Positions 45,300 through 46,428 of a stretch of DNA of 46,428 nucleotides are shown in pieces. Source of the DNA: Malacoraja senta (taxonomy: Eukaryota). The position numbers and the translations under genes were made by a program. The stretch spans positions 1 to 46,428 of the forward strand of contig JAXLNO010004364.1 of assembly GCA_038087875.1 (NCBI GenBank), given 5' to 3'. The notes beneath the pieces are model-generated. The model saw only the letters and a list, made by a program, of their open reading frames with translations, was not told where the DNA came from and made no database searches. Position 1 is the first letter of the stretch, and every line of letters begins with the position of its first letter.

Positions 45300-45600
45300 G
45301 GAGGGAGAGCGGGAGGGCGGGAGGGCGGGAGGGCGGGAGGTAGGTCAACATTACCACAAGTCGCGTTTGGCATCAGCAAATGGCGGCCGTGACGTGACAA
45401 CCTGACTACGTCAGACGATTGGTCCATCTTGCTCCTCTAGTAACTTTGGGCGGGATCGACTACATTTCCCGGCGCGCTTTGCGGCACAGCGGCCATCTAC
45501 AGTGGAAGCGGGAAGATGTCGACATCGGCACCAAGATCGGCCGCCTGGCTCGTCGTGTGGAGGAACTCGAGGTGAAAACAAGAAAGGCCCTGGTGGAGAC
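45300..45600. promoter_or_regulatory. CpG-island, housekeeping-type promoter-like sequence
   Basis: CpG-dense; repeated GGGCGG boxes, CAAATGGCGGCC (YY1-like), TGACGTGA (CRE-like), GATTGG (reverse CCAAT), ACTACATTTCCC (ZNF143/THAP11-type ACTACAnnTCCC). Confidence 0.6.
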
Positions 45601-46059
45601 AGAGGGGGAGAGACGAGTGGCGAGGGGAGCAGTGGAGGGGGAGGTGAGGGAGAGAGGGATGTGAGGGGTAGGGGAGAGAAGGAGAGAGGGAATGGGGAAG
45701 GAGTGGAGGGGAGGAAGAGGTGAGGGGTAGGGTAGAGAAGGAGAGAGGGACTGGGGAACGAGTGGAGGGGAGAGTGGGGATCATGGTTGGATTCAAATTG
45801 AGTTTATTGACATGCACAAGTATGGATAAAACAAGATATTAGTACAACAGATATTGAGGAAAAAAGAATGTCTACTTATGTAATATAATAATAATAATAA
45901 TATAACTTTAATTGTCATTCAAATATACACATAGACACAGTGCACATTGAACGAAATTTCGTTGCATTGACTCTTCCAAGTAGCAGCAGAATATACCATT
46001 TATATCAGGCGATCAGTAAAAATGCTTAGTGTGTCCATAAAAAGTGCTTCATGTGCATA

Positions 46060-46428
46060 GTTAAAAAAGGAAAGTTTTTAAAAAGTGGCATTGTATAAGA
46101 CAGTTTTTTGCATCGGTTTGATTGTGAGTTCAATAATCTTATGGCCTGGGGGATGAAACTTGCAGAACCTGGTTGACCGGCCCTTCATGCTGCAGTACCT
46201 CCTCCCAGAGTTCAGCAGTGTAAACAGTCCATATTGTGGGTGTGTGGGGGCTCTGGTAATGCCCTTAGCTCTTGACAGACAGCGTTTGTAACCAATGTCC
46301 ATGATGGAGGGAAGAGAAGTCCCAATGATTTTTTCCGCTGTCCTCACCACTCTCTGAAGGCACTTCCAGTCCGCAGCTGTACAGCCGCCGCACCACACAG
46401 AGATGCAGCTGGTCATGACTGATTCAAT
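46060..46428 (-). mobile_element. Rex1/Babar-like LINE fragment running off the window end
   Basis: TSCISVWCGGCT...LQRVVRTAEKIIG...HPQYGLFTLLNSGRRY. Confidence 0.8.

Noticed and set aside
1-46428. CRISPR arrays, rRNA, tRNA or prokaryotic systems
   Set aside because: None seen; the tandem repeats lack unique spacers and the content is vertebrate.

Overview
Eukaryotic genomic DNA, most likely from a cartilaginous fish; the IgW-type exons and repeat types suggest a skate or ray (inference). The window is a transposon-saturated remnant of an immunoglobulin heavy-chain (IgW/IgX) region. Minus strand: a leader exon, a frameshifted VH already fused to JH in the DNA with no RSS or recognisable D (22954-23431), and an intact CH1 exon (15305-15613). 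Plus strand: a second, oppositely oriented C-region remnant with an open C exon homologous to IgNAR C2 (41688-42000) and a probable decayed next exon. The two remnants are linked by a ~660-bp inverted duplication. The rest is mostly mobile DNA: an L1 with an uninterrupted ORF2, a ~5.3-kb Tx1-like LINE sitting in the V leader's 5' region, many CR1 and Rex1/Babar fragments, a Gypsy LTR+gag piece and a Harbinger piece. Most notable unexplained signals: (1) a ~90-220-bp dispersed repeat carrying a Penelope-type minimal hammerhead-ribozyme core, inserted with TSDs and twice as long hairpins; (2) TA-CWG-TA (Sleeping Beauty/Tc1-type) excision footprints with empty-site controls inside the window; (3) the D-less germline V-J join; (4) a duplicated conserved hairpin in the L1 inter-ORF spacer. 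All family assignments come from motif recognition by eye, not database searches. TE boundaries are approximate, and some 1-bp indels could be assembly errors.
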